DNA of 59,862 nt from a virus (taxonomy: Duplodnaviria > Caudoviricetes). The stretch is from the IMG/VR virus record IMGVR_UViG_3300028862_000314, positions 1-59,862 of that record; one strand, given 5' to 3'. Below are positions 9,868-20,200 of the stretch, in pieces; positions within the stretch are counted from its first letter, which is position 1; each line of letters begins with the position of its first letter. The position numbers were made by a program, and so were the translations under genes. The notes beneath the pieces were generated by a model, which had not been told where the DNA came from, did not search any database, and worked only from the letters and a program-made list of their open reading frames with translations.

Positions 9868-12800
9868 ATGAACACCAAAGAACTCATACACGAGAACGAT
9901 CTACGCAATGAGGCCTTATACGCCCCATACAATCCCTATACAGGGGTTGGTAGTCTTATTCCCAGGTTTGAGTTCCATATTGACGATGAAACAATAATAC
10001 TCCTTCCTAATTCCATGAAGGAGGTAATAGCAGAATTTCAAAGCCCGGGCAAGTCAATGCGCGATATGACAAAGGCGCAATTTGCCACCATGTACGGAGT
10101 GTTAACCAATTTAAGGATAAACTATGATTTTGAGTTCTGGGCAGCTACTTGCGTATTCATTCAGGATAAGATCACCAAGCAGGACGTAAACTTTATATTA
10201 CGTATTCCTCAAAGGATATTGCTGAAAGTTTTAATTGAATTATTCTGGGCTAAGGTTCCTATCCGTATTATCTTACTTAAAGCCCGTCAGTGGGGAGGAA
10301 GTACGCTAGTGCAGATGTTCATAGCGTGGTTACAGATATTCCACTTTGAGAACTGGCACTCTGCTATTGTCGGTGATGTAGAAGAACAGGCAAGGACCAT
10401 CAGGGGAATGTACCGAAGGATGGCAATATTACACCCTCCCCAGGTTCAGCCTATAACCTTTTCCAGTTTCGAGAGAAGCACAAAGAACCTGATCTTAAAC
10501 GAAAGAGGCTGTATAATTTCAATCGGAAGTATGCAAAGGCCGGAAGGTTTACGTGCTAGTGACGTGATGTGTACCCATAAGAGCGAATGTGCAAGCTGGA
10601 AAGAAACAATGGGAAAGAAGCCGGAGGACCTTATACAATCACTTTCCGGTATGCCCTTAGTACATGGAACTGTTGATGTTGAGGAGTCAACGGCAAAGGG
10701 CATAGGAAACTACTTTCACAAAAGCTGGCTACAAGCAGTAAATAAAGAATCAGACCGTATTCCTGTATTCATTCCCTGGTTTAAAATTGATATGTACCAA
10801 CGTCCTTTCTTTTCCGAAACCGAAAAGATTGAATTTGTTGAACACATGGATAATTATTCCAACTTCTTATGGGAAGAAGGCGCAACACTCGAAGGTATTA
10901 ACTGGTACTATTGGAAACGCAGGCACGAAGGTTGGGATGCAGTTCAGGACCACTGGCGCATGATGGCCGAATATCCTACTACCTGTATTGCTAGAGGAAT
11001 GAAAGTTGGAACCGATATTGGGCTTATCCCTATTGAAGATGCGTATGAATCAAATTACTCGGAATTTGGCAAGGTGTTAGACCATATTTCAAACGGGAAA
11101 CGTCAAGTTTATAAATTAAAAACAGCTATGGGGTACACTTTAAGGTGTACGGAAGATCATAGAATAATGACACTATCGGGTAAATGGAAAGAATTACGCG
11201 ATTTACAAGAGGGTGATAGCATAGCATTATCAGAACCTATGTTAGCGAAGGGTCAATATACGTTCAAATATAAGGATAATGGGTTTGTTGATATTTCGAT
11301 TGCAATTACACCCGACTTTGCAAGGTTTGTAGGGATTTTTATGGGTGATGGGTCCTATCATGCTCAAACGCTTTCAATAGCCTGTGATGCTAAGGATGAT
11401 GATTTTGTAATTGAAGTACAAAGGCTCGTTAAGTCTATATTTGATCTAGATATGATTCCTAGAAAAACCGGACCAAATAAAGGGTGTACGGAATTAAGGG
11501 TATCAAATCAGAGATTATCAAAATATTTTTTACAATTAGGTATTGTTGAACAATACGAAGAACACGGAGTAAAGGGATCAAGGGGTTCGTTTCATAGAAA
11601 GGTTTGTGTTCCTGGATTTATTTTAAGATCACCTAAAAGCGTAATAAAAGAATTTCTTTCTGGAATATTTGAAACAGACGGATTTAATGCTTTCCAAGTA
11701 CCTAAAGTTGAAATATTTTCAAAACACATTGAGTTTTTAAAAGACCTACAGTTATTGCTTCTTGCTTTTGGAATAACATCTAAGATAAGGTCTAGCAATA
11801 AAATTAACGGGGAAGGTAGAACGTATTTGGGTAATAAACTCACATTACAAGGTGAACAGGCTAGTCTTTTCAGAGAAAGAATAGGATTTCTAAGTTCCAG
11901 AAAACAGGGAATGTTTGCAAGTTGGCAGGTAAGAAACTATGTTAAGAGAACTAAAAATATTTTATTCGATTCGGTAATTAGTATTGAAGAAGATGGAATA
12001 GATGATGTTTACGATTTAACAATAAGGGATTCACATAAATTTTCTGCTAATGGAATAGTTGTACACAACTGTAATGAGGCCTTTCAAAGTACAGGCCGGA
12101 GAGCTTTTAGCCCCTTATACGTTAAAAATGCAGGTAGGTATGTATGCAAGCCTGAATTTGTAGGAGAAGTATTTGCAGGATCTACATCAGGAGAAAAAGC
12201 ACTTACACACATAAGGTTTGAACCTACACCTAACGGTAACCTTTATATCTGGGAAATGCCAGATACAGAGAAGATATACAAAAACAGGTATGTTGTAGGC
12301 ATTGACATAGGGGGACGTTCTGTTGGTGCTGACTATTCGGTTATTCGTGTACTTGACAGGCTTCCACTACTCGAAGGAGGTAAACCTATTTTTATACTTA
12401 CCTGGAAAGGTCACCTCGATCAGGACCTAGTAGTCTGGAAAGGGACACAAATAGCAAAAGCATACGGTAACGGTTTACTTGTACCTGAAACAAACTCCCT
12501 CGATAAGATTGAAAGCGAAGGAGATCACTTCTTAACGGTCCTTAATGAGATTGTGGACGTGTACCCTCATATTTACTGCCGTACTTCACCGGAACAAATC
12601 AGCCAGGGTGCGCCTAAACAATATGGTTTTCATGTAGGCCATAACAAAACGGCAATGATTGACTATTACAATGCTCAACTGCGTGACTGTGCATTTATTG
12701 AACTCGATCAACGGGCTGTTAACGAAAATGATTCCTACGAGATTAAAGCAAATGGAAGTTACGGGGCTGTTGACTCGATGCACGATGATATATTAATGCC

Positions 12801-12906
12801 AACGGCTGAAATATTGTACATAAGTAAAGATTTACCATTGCCCACTGAGATTATTCGCGCTAAAAACAAGGTCACTAAAAAGGTTATTAACGAAGCATCA
12901 TTTTAA
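9868..12906 (+). CDS. terL: terminase large subunit, intein-containing
   Basis: Walker A variant LKARQWGGST, ESTAKG, nuclease GIDIGG...DYS and HDD motifs. Confidence 0.9.
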   Translation: MNTKELIHENDLRNEALYAPYNPYTGVGSLIPRFEFHIDDETIILLPNSMKEVIAEFQSPGKSMRDMTKAQFATMYGVLTNLRINYDFEFWAATCVFIQDKITKQDVNFILRIPQRILLKVLIELFWAKVPIRIILLKARQWGGSTLVQMFIAWLQIFHFENWHSAIVGDVEEQARTIRGMYRRMAILHPPQVQPITFSSFERSTKNLILNERGCIISIGSMQRPEGLRASDVMCTHKSECASWKETMGKKPEDLIQSLSGMPLVHGTVDVEESTAKGIGNYFHKSWLQAVNKESDRIPVFIPWFKIDMYQRPFFSETEKIEFVEHMDNYSNFLWEEGATLEGINWYYWKRRHEGWDAVQDHWRMMAEYPTTCIARGMKVGTDIGLIPIEDAYESNYSEFGKVLDHISNGKRQVYKLKTAMGYTLRCTEDHRIMTLSGKWKELRDLQEGDSIALSEPMLAKGQYTFKYKDNGFVDISIAITPDFARFVGIFMGDGSYHAQTLSIACDAKDDDFVIEVQRLVKSIFDLDMIPRKTGPNKGCTELRVSNQRLSKYFLQLGIVEQYEEHGVKGSRGSFHRKVCVPGFILRSPKSVIKEFLSGIFETDGFNAFQVPKVEIFSKHIEFLKDLQLLLLAFGITSKIRSSNKINGEGRTYLGNKLTLQGEQASLFRERIGFLSSRKQGMFASWQVRNYVKRTKNILFDSVISIEEDGIDDVYDLTIRDSHKFSANGIVVHNCNEAFQSTGRRAFSPLYVKNAGRYVCKPEFVGEVFAGSTSGEKALTHIRFEPTPNGNLYIWEMPDTEKIYKNRYVVGIDIGGRSVGADYSVIRVLDRLPLLEGGKPIFILTWKGHLDQDLVVWKGTQIAKAYGNGLLVPETNSLDKIESEGDHFLTVLNEIVDVYPHIYCRTSPEQISQGAPKQYGFHVGHNKTAMIDYYNAQLRDCAFIELDQRAVNENDSYEIKANGSYGAVDSMHDDILMPTAEILYISKDLPLPTEIIRAKNKVTKKVINEASF
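10984..12069 (+). mobile_element. intein (362 aa) with LAGLIDADG homing endonuclease in terL
   Basis: Starts CIARG after EYPTT; block B CTEDHRI; LAGLIDADG motifs VGIFMGDG and LSGIFETDG; ends VVHN followed by Cys. Confidence 0.92.
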
Positions 12907-12907
12907 T

Positions 12908-13264
12908 ATGAACGCAAAGGAGCTAAGAATCGGGAATGTAGTAATCAACAGGCTGTTAAGTACCGTCAGTGGTGAATATCTTGTTACAAGTGATGTATTT
13001 GCTTTCATTGAGAATAATCCAGATCAGGATATTTATCACCCAATATTATTACATGAAGAATATTTGGGAAGATTCGGATTTAAGAAGATTGAAGGATTTG
13101 ATGATGCTATTATTCTAATTAAAGATGATGTTGAGTTGGAGTTTGTTACCAGGTATTCAACTTGCGCATATCTGAATTACCTAAACAATGAATGTAAATA
13201 CGTTCACCAACTTCAAAACCTATATTTCGCATTAACAAACAAAGAACTAATACTAAACAACTAA
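12908..13264 (+). CDS. conserved phage protein (ELRIGN...VHQLQNLYFALT family)
   Basis: Paralogous to 36756-37157. Confidence 0.7.
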   Translation: MNAKELRIGNVVINRLLSTVSGEYLVTSDVFAFIENNPDQDIYHPILLHEEYLGRFGFKKIEGFDDAIILIKDDVELEFVTRYSTCAYLNYLNNECKYVHQLQNLYFALTNKELILNN

Positions 13265-13268
13265 ACCC

Positions 13269-13637
13269 ATGAACCCAAAACTCCTATCAATCGTAATCCC
13301 ATTCTTAGTAGTTATCTTTTTCTGGATAACGTACAGACTAAAGAAAGTCCCTATTCTTAAATACATTTCTAAATGGCCTTGGGGTGTTAGGATTGTAAAG
13401 AATGAGTATTTGCGCACTCTGTTTAATCGGGAAAAGAACCGTGTTAAAAGCGTTAAACGTGCCGTTAAAATGGCGAAACTTCGTAATCAGGCTGAGAATC
13501 TTAAGATGTATGTTATTGAGGTTGTTAAAGGTCGGTATTGGATTGGAACCATGCGCGAATGGAACATAGAGCGTAAAAACTACCCGAAGATGAAGCATAT
13601 CTGGCCCCCACGCGACTCGGTATTCCAAACACGATAA
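13269..13637 (+). CDS. hypothetical membrane-anchored basic protein
   Basis: N-terminal hydrophobic stretch; operon context. Confidence 0.55.
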   Translation: MNPKLLSIVIPFLVVIFFWITYRLKKVPILKYISKWPWGVRIVKNEYLRTLFNREKNRVKSVKRAVKMAKLRNQAENLKMYVIEVVKGRYWIGTMREWNIERKNYPKMKHIWPPRDSVFQTR

Positions 13638-13763
13638 CCCCATGCCCTACACTCCCCACCCCAAATCGGTAATCTTTAAAAGGCGCACACAGTTAATGCG
13701 CCTATACTTGAAACTTGAACAAACTGAAAGTAACATTGATGAACTTTTAAAAATGCTTCTTTA

Positions 13764-14024
13764 ATGGAAAAAGCCTTTACAATAGATTCTCTTTCTTTAC
13801 GGTCATTAAACGATTGGTTGAAAGTTATCTTTGAAGGTAACAAAGGACCTACACCCCGGCAGTTCTGGATATCAAAACCCTACCTTGTCAGCCTGTCAGA
13901 TGAGAACTTTCTAGGTTTAATCAACAGCGAAGTACAGTTAATAGGTGGTAGTGAAGCCTGTGATTATATAGATCAGCGAATGAAGATAATCGAAATGAAG
14001 GAAAAGATTAAGAAATGCAAATAA
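13764..14024 (+). CDS. hypothetical protein
   Basis: ORF in co-oriented cluster. Confidence 0.5.
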   Translation: MEKAFTIDSLSLRSLNDWLKVIFEGNKGPTPRQFWISKPYLVSLSDENFLGLINSEVQLIGGSEACDYIDQRMKIIEMKEKIKKCK

Positions 14025-14215
14025 GTAACAAATACGAGTTAGGTCAATTAGTATTCCTTCTTACCGATAACGAACAACTTGCTCGTATTGTTACCTGTAT
14101 TCAGATTAACGGAAATAATCAGCTATCATACCAGCTAAGTTGTGGAGTAGTTGCAAGCTGGCATTACGACTATGAAATTGTAAGTAATAAAGATTTAGTA
14201 AAAGCACTTCAATAA
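14015..14215 (+). CDS. small SH3-like phage protein
   Basis: KYELGQLVFL.TD.EQ..R.V motif. Confidence 0.55.
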   Translation: MQISNKYELGQLVFLLTDNEQLARIVTCIQINGNNQLSYQLSCGVVASWHYDYEIVSNKDLVKALQ

Positions 14216-14356
14216 TGAATACACTCTGGGCCATATCCTTACTTGCTTTCCTGGTCGAAATATTTCTACACCCTCGATTAGACTGTAAAGATGTTGACGG
14301 TTGGTATTTGTGGTATGGTAAGGATTATAATAGGCGGTATTTAAAAATAAAATAAG

Positions 14357-15259
14357 ATGAAAAAGATAAATTTATTTTTTGACATGGAGTTTACTTCCTT
14401 GTCACCCGATGCTCAGATTGTTTCGATTGGGATTGTGAGTGAAGATTTTTTGCCAATCAATTTAAAATTAACGCATTATACGGACGAAAACGGTGTTGTT
14501 GGAGAAATTTCAAAAATAGAAGACTCTCCCATGTATGATGGTAAATACCACAAAATATTTAAAGATGAATTTTCAAAATCAAATAGCTTTTACGCTGAGT
14601 TCACCGACTTTGACATTAACCGTTGTGATGGTTGGGTTAAGGAGAATGTGGTGGGTAAATTGAAATACAAGGACTACGATAAATTCTTGCCTGAATACGG
14701 TGTTAATGTTATGTCGGGTAAAGGCAATACAAGTCTTATCAAATTATGGCTGTACAGGTATTTGGAACAATTCTACAACTACCAAATTCAATTCGTTTGT
14801 GATTGTGGTACATTTGATTGGTATCATTTATTACAGTTGTTGGCTGAATGGGATGAAGTGCCCATGCAATTAATGATTGATACTTCAATTATTCCTATTG
14901 ATGTTACCATTGAGGAGTTTATTGATGAGTGGAAGCGTAGTGGACCTATTGTGGTAAGTAAAATGCCTGATCCTAAGGTTTTTAATATTGGGGGGAGAAT
15001 AGGACTCCCAAAACTTCCCTCAAACATTTCACCCGTTCCGCAGGATTTGAATGACCTTATCGCTATTAAACGTGGAATTTCGGTATGGGAAGCGTTTGAT
15101 TTGAATCGGGAAACCCTTTCTGTTGGTAATGATTCAGTGTTAATGGTTAACAACAAAAATGCTGAAACGCTTGATAGTTTAAACCCAAATGCAGAATTAA
15201 AGCATAATTCACTTTGGGATGCTAAAGTAATCAAAGCTATTTACGAAAAACTACAATAA
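14357..15259 (+). CDS. DEDDh 3'-5' exonuclease (Rv2179c/DUF5051-like)
   Basis: FFDMEFT, SIGIV, FYAE, FDW and HNSLWDA motifs. Confidence 0.75.
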   Translation: MKKINLFFDMEFTSLSPDAQIVSIGIVSEDFLPINLKLTHYTDENGVVGEISKIEDSPMYDGKYHKIFKDEFSKSNSFYAEFTDFDINRCDGWVKENVVGKLKYKDYDKFLPEYGVNVMSGKGNTSLIKLWLYRYLEQFYNYQIQFVCDCGTFDWYHLLQLLAEWDEVPMQLMIDTSIIPIDVTIEEFIDEWKRSGPIVVSKMPDPKVFNIGGRIGLPKLPSNISPVPQDLNDLIAIKRGISVWEAFDLNRETLSVGNDSVLMVNNKNAETLDSLNPNAELKHNSLWDAKVIKAIYEKLQ

Positions 15260-15261
15260 AC

Positions 15262-15292
15262 AAAAAGACCGGTTAACTCCCGGCCTTTCTTT
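15262..15292. terminator. probable bidirectional terminator between convergent genes
   Basis: A-tract, GACCGG..CCGGCC hairpin, T-tract. Confidence 0.55.
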
Positions 15293-17244
15293 TACGCTGT
15301 AATTCCTTCCGGCTGCACCGGCTGTTGTCCTGCCATCTGTTGCTGCTGCGCCATCATCTGTTCGGCCTCTTTCCTCTTACTTTGAATATCCGCTAAAAGG
15401 TTATCCGCAAACGGAATACTACAATGAGCAAGTGCAATTTCAATATCAATTTTATTGGTATCAACCCATTTGAACAACTGATCGTCAATCATACTCCTGA
15501 ATACCGGTGAATCAGCACCCTGAACGATATTAATATCAATATCCTTCATTGCCTTAGCTTCTGATGCTTTGTACATCTGTGCATCTTTAGAATACGCTTT
15601 ACCGGCAATAGTTATAATCCTGTCCTCGTAATACTGACGGATAATACTTAATGCCTTTTTATCCCTGCGTTTCTTATAAGCCCCGAATGATTCAATAATA
15701 TCAATGTTGTTCATTGCTGAATTTTGGGCTTCCTGTGCGTATAGGCTTGAAGGTGTACCCGATTTGGCGGTAATACCTTGTATGGCGTTACCTACTCCTC
15801 CTGTGCGCATCATAAAGTCCATTTGCATCTGTATAGCCCCGTTGCTGTCAGGATCAATGGCACGTGCTGAAATCTGTTGAGGAATAGTAGCCCCTGGCTT
15901 GATCTTAATTTTGATAACTCCGTTGTACTTGGTCCATTCTTCCGCGAAGTCCTCAATGGTCATATCGTCAGGAATAGAATCTTCGGGAACCAAAAGAACC
16001 CCTTTAGCTGCTGCGCTCCTTTGGAACTCCTGTGCGATAATCAACCTGTTAATAAACCTCTGTTGGTCTATCAAATCCTCGGATAATCCCCAGACCTCTC
16101 CGTTAACCAAAGGATAAAGGCTAATAGCGTAAGGGTGTTCCTCGTGCTGATACGGGGTTTCTGCTTCATACAAACAGGCTCCTTGTGGAGTTAAGTACTT
16201 CACATACCAGTATTGTTCAAACTTCTCGGTAGCTACCATCAAAGGTACTTCTTCCTCCGGCACTCCGTTTTGAGCATAGTAGGCTATACGTTTACTGTTT
16301 ATCTCGTCAATCTGTGCTTTTGTAGCTTTAAGTACCTGGCGTGTTCCGTCATAGTAATCATGCACATAAAGCCTCCATTCTGCCCTAAACTCCCATATCT
16401 CGAATAACCGGCATAACGACATATCGTTAGGAATAAGGAAGTCACTAACTTGTGTGTCCTGATGTGTTAACGTCTGACCCGTTCCCGGGTAATCGGTTTT
16501 GTGATTTTTGAATAACTCACGTATTATCTTTTCATCTTCTTTATTGCTTCCGGCAAATGCAGCAACCATATATTCAATAGGTGCATCAATAATATCACCT
16601 ACAAAGTTTAACTCGTTAAGCCTTGTATCTTTTATCCCTGAGTTGAAGAATATCCTGTCATAAGGTATATTGTCAATAAATAATGACTCTCTGTTAAGGG
16701 TAGGCATGTATTTATATCCTACTTTCCCGATAACTCCACCATACAAAAGGAAGTTTTCAAGGTTACGTGCATCCAGGTCGTGAGCTTCGTTAACGTCAAG
16801 TTCAGCCTGCAGCATAGTTGTAAGCATTTCGCTTTTCGATGAGTTCTCCTTTGATCTGGCAATAGCCATACTCTTACTAGGATTACTTCTGTACTGCGAA
16901 ACAATACTGCGTATAACAGGCCTTATAAGGTTTTGTTTGAATGGTATCTTGCCCTGTGTCTTTATGTATTCTTCCTCCGTCATGGTGATACCCTTTCCGT
17001 CACGGTCCGAAACAATAACTTTTTCATGCCACTGTTTACCCCTGTAGTACATAAATGAACGGAAGCTTCTTTCTCTCCAATCTGTCAGGTCCTCCCAATA
17101 TTTACGTGCTATGTTAAGCACTCGCATATTATCCTCCCTGTTTTCATAGAAACGTTCAGTACTCGCACTTGCTTTGCCAGTGGTTTTCTTCTTACCAGGA
17201 AGTACTCTCCTGCGTATTTTTAGTTGTTCGGTGTCGAGTATCAT
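15292..17244 (-). CDS. portal protein (P22-like)
   Basis: 650 aa; YYRGKQW, N.IRP, L.DQQRFINRL motifs; Gln-rich tail. Confidence 0.8.
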   Translation of the reverse strand: MILDTEQLKIRRRVLPGKKKTTGKASASTERFYENREDNMRVLNIARKYWEDLTDWRERSFRSFMYYRGKQWHEKVIVSDRDGKGITMTEEEYIKTQGKIPFKQNLIRPVIRSIVSQYRSNPSKSMAIARSKENSSKSEMLTTMLQAELDVNEAHDLDARNLENFLLYGGVIGKVGYKYMPTLNRESLFIDNIPYDRIFFNSGIKDTRLNELNFVGDIIDAPIEYMVAAFAGSNKEDEKIIRELFKNHKTDYPGTGQTLTHQDTQVSDFLIPNDMSLCRLFEIWEFRAEWRLYVHDYYDGTRQVLKATKAQIDEINSKRIAYYAQNGVPEEEVPLMVATEKFEQYWYVKYLTPQGACLYEAETPYQHEEHPYAISLYPLVNGEVWGLSEDLIDQQRFINRLIIAQEFQRSAAAKGVLLVPEDSIPDDMTIEDFAEEWTKYNGVIKIKIKPGATIPQQISARAIDPDSNGAIQMQMDFMMRTGGVGNAIQGITAKSGTPSSLYAQEAQNSAMNNIDIIESFGAYKKRRDKKALSIIRQYYEDRIITIAGKAYSKDAQMYKASEAKAMKDIDINIVQGADSPVFRSMIDDQLFKWVDTNKIDIEIALAHCSIPFADNLLADIQSKRKEAEQMMAQQQQMAGQQPVQPEGITA

Positions 17245-17245
17245 G

Positions 17246-20200
17246 TTATTTCAGATTTATTTTGTACTTCTTTTCAAGGGTTCCAACCTGAGTTTTAAAT
17301 ATTTTTGCTGCATTCTCCGCATCTGTCTTGTATTTTAACATTGCTTCTGAACTTGTGGCGTTTTCTGCGTTATTTTCGATGTTTTTAATATTCTTATCAG
17401 CTAATTTGGTGATGTATGTAAGCTCGTTCATGAACTGGTATTTGTTCATCATCTGTAAAGCCTCTTTAGGATCATCCTTTTTCAAATTATTAATCTGATA
17501 TTTATATTCATCAACTGCTTTTAGTGCGTTGTAGTAGGTTGACATCGGGTTGCTGTCCTGTGAACGTCCTAAATAACGGTAGAATAACGGAACGTCCCAT
17601 TCATTCATTTTACCATCAGGGGTAACAGCGTTATAGGCTGTATTGAATACCTGTCTGAAGAACTTAACCCTTCCACCTCCAACAGTTTCAGATACATGCT
17701 GAATATCGGCAGGGTTCCAGTCAAATAACATAGTTTTTAACGTGTTATCCTCTTTTAATCCTGTTTCTGGATCTAGTCCCTGCCCGGCTTTAGTATACTC
17801 ATTACCACCACCAAACTCATTAAGCCATTGTGTAGCCTGTACTAAAGGCTCAAAGGTTGAATTTAATCCTTCCTGTGATCCCGGAATACGATCTTCTAAC
17901 TTTGTAGTAAATTGCTCTTTGTGTACCTTCTTCCCGGCAAAGTTTTGATTTACGGCTATATCATAGGCAGGAGTTAAAGCGGTAGGAACCAGGGTGCGTC
18001 CCAGATCATCACCACTTACATTAAATGGAGTTAATGCACCGGTTAAATTTTTCAAGTTACTAGCTGCAAACTCTCCGGCAGAAAGTTTACCCATTGCAGC
18101 CATTGTAGAAGTAACTCCTAATGCGTAAATAGCCCTAAAGAATTGTGGTAAAGGAATCTTAACATATTTGCCATCACCCCTATTTATGATAAGGTTATTA
18201 AGTTTATCGTAATCGGGAATGTTATCATACGTATTCTCTCCTCCCTCATCATCCGGCATAGTCATGTATGCTAATATAGCTTGAAGAACTCCCAATGCAA
18301 AGAATGAACCTAAAGCATATCCGAATTTAGCCTTGTTTTCTTTCCCCATTTTATAAATTCCGTATGTAGCCGATACGGTAGGCTTGAAGAACGCAAACAA
18401 CTGATTAAATACAGTGCTGGCCTGGCCTGTCCTGTCAAAGTCAACAGTAGCCTCTTTACTTGCTAAAGCTGCTTGTTCTGAACTCTGCCCTGCCATTTTA
18501 CGGCTTACGAATACGGCAAAACGGGAACTTTGTTCTGACATATCCATAACATAGGTCATTAACTCTGCCCCCTTGCGAAGTGGATAGTTATAAAATACCT
18601 TGTCTTTACCCGACAACTTACCGGTTCCTTTCCCGAAATCTGCTTCTTTTGCCCTTATCCTGTTAATTTCCTTCTCAATCTTCTCTGCTGACTTCTCAAA
18701 ACTTTCAAGCTGCATCCATCCGGTTGGTCCTCCCGAATCTTTCCACATCTTATAAAGGGTATCAAGTACTCTTTGCTCTCCGTACTGTTGTATTGCCGAT
18801 ACAATAGATTGTTTATTGTGTAGCCCTGCAGTTATTGTTTCTGCCTGTGATAACGGGTTTAGTTGTTTCCTAATATCCCGGTGAATAGTACCGAATGATT
18901 TACCCGTTACAATCTGCCTGATGAACTGTCCGGCCTCTCCTTCTTTCCTGATACCCTCCGTAATTGCTGCATACGGTAAGTCAATAAACATAAAGTTATT
19001 CAGGAAGAAGTTAGGGTTTTTACCGGTGAAATTAGCCTTCATAAACTGAGTAAGTTTACCCATCCATGAATTACCTAGCCACTTTGAAGTTTCTTTAAGT
19101 AACACATTCTCTCCCTTTATGCTTTGCGCTACATGAGGATCGCCTAAAACGAGTGTAAACCTATCCCCGTTATCGTAGCCCATAATCTCATGTTTCTCTG
19201 CTGTTGCCCTTGTCCTCTTTGCTTCGTGTGCGTTACCCTTGAAAGGTGCTTTAATATACATATACTGCCCCATTGCAGGATTATCTTTATTCATCCTGAA
19301 TAACTGAAGGGCTGTACGTGCTATCTTATTTTTAACACTTGTCATGATAGCTGAATGTGCCATCTGTCGAATGTAGGGTAATGGATCACCAGGCTCAGAA
19401 GTACGGCCTTTAGCTTTTATTGTGGCCTTAACATAAGTTTGTGAAGTAATACCCTGTCCTTCGTTGTTTACATAATCGTAAAAGTCCTCCGGGTTAGGGT
19501 TCATTTCGTCATATTCCCATCCGCGCAAAGGAATGTAATATTTCCGATCATTAAACTTGTCGTGATCTTCTTTTGTGATAACACTATGTAAATACAGATT
19601 ATCAATAGTAAAATCAGTTGAAGCCTTTACCTTGCTCCAAAGTGAATCAATAAGATTAGGGCTTATTTTCTGTTCAAATTCCTTAACAATCTGTTCAACC
19701 GTTTGCCTGTTCCATGAATCTTCCGGATCTTCACTTATTGCCCTTATACCCTCGTTGTCGTTTCTCTCAATAGCTGATTTAGCTTTAAGATAACGCTGAA
19801 TTTCTTTTGATGAAACGTGCTGTTGGTCGATAAGGTGAGCTATCTCCGTTTGCAGGTCCGTGAATACTCCTTCGTCAAATGTATCAACCAGGCCTTTTAT
19901 TAAGCCCTTCCTTCGCCTGAGCAAACTGTAAACGTCAAATAGTTTCAATCCCTTTATTCCGTCCTTTGCCATTTCCTGCTGCCAAAGGTCAACACTGTGT
20001 ACGTTTTCAGCAATCCAGTCTGCAAACCTATCTCCATAATCTTTCTTCCCGATGATGCGTTTCATTTGCATTCCTGCAAATTGTGGTCTTTCTGCATCTA
20101 CCGTAGGATTAACCGAAGGAGGGATATTGTTGTTGGAGGAATGTTTGAGTAAATTAACGCTTCCTTCCCCTAAGAGTTCTCCTGCGAATCTTGGTCTGTT

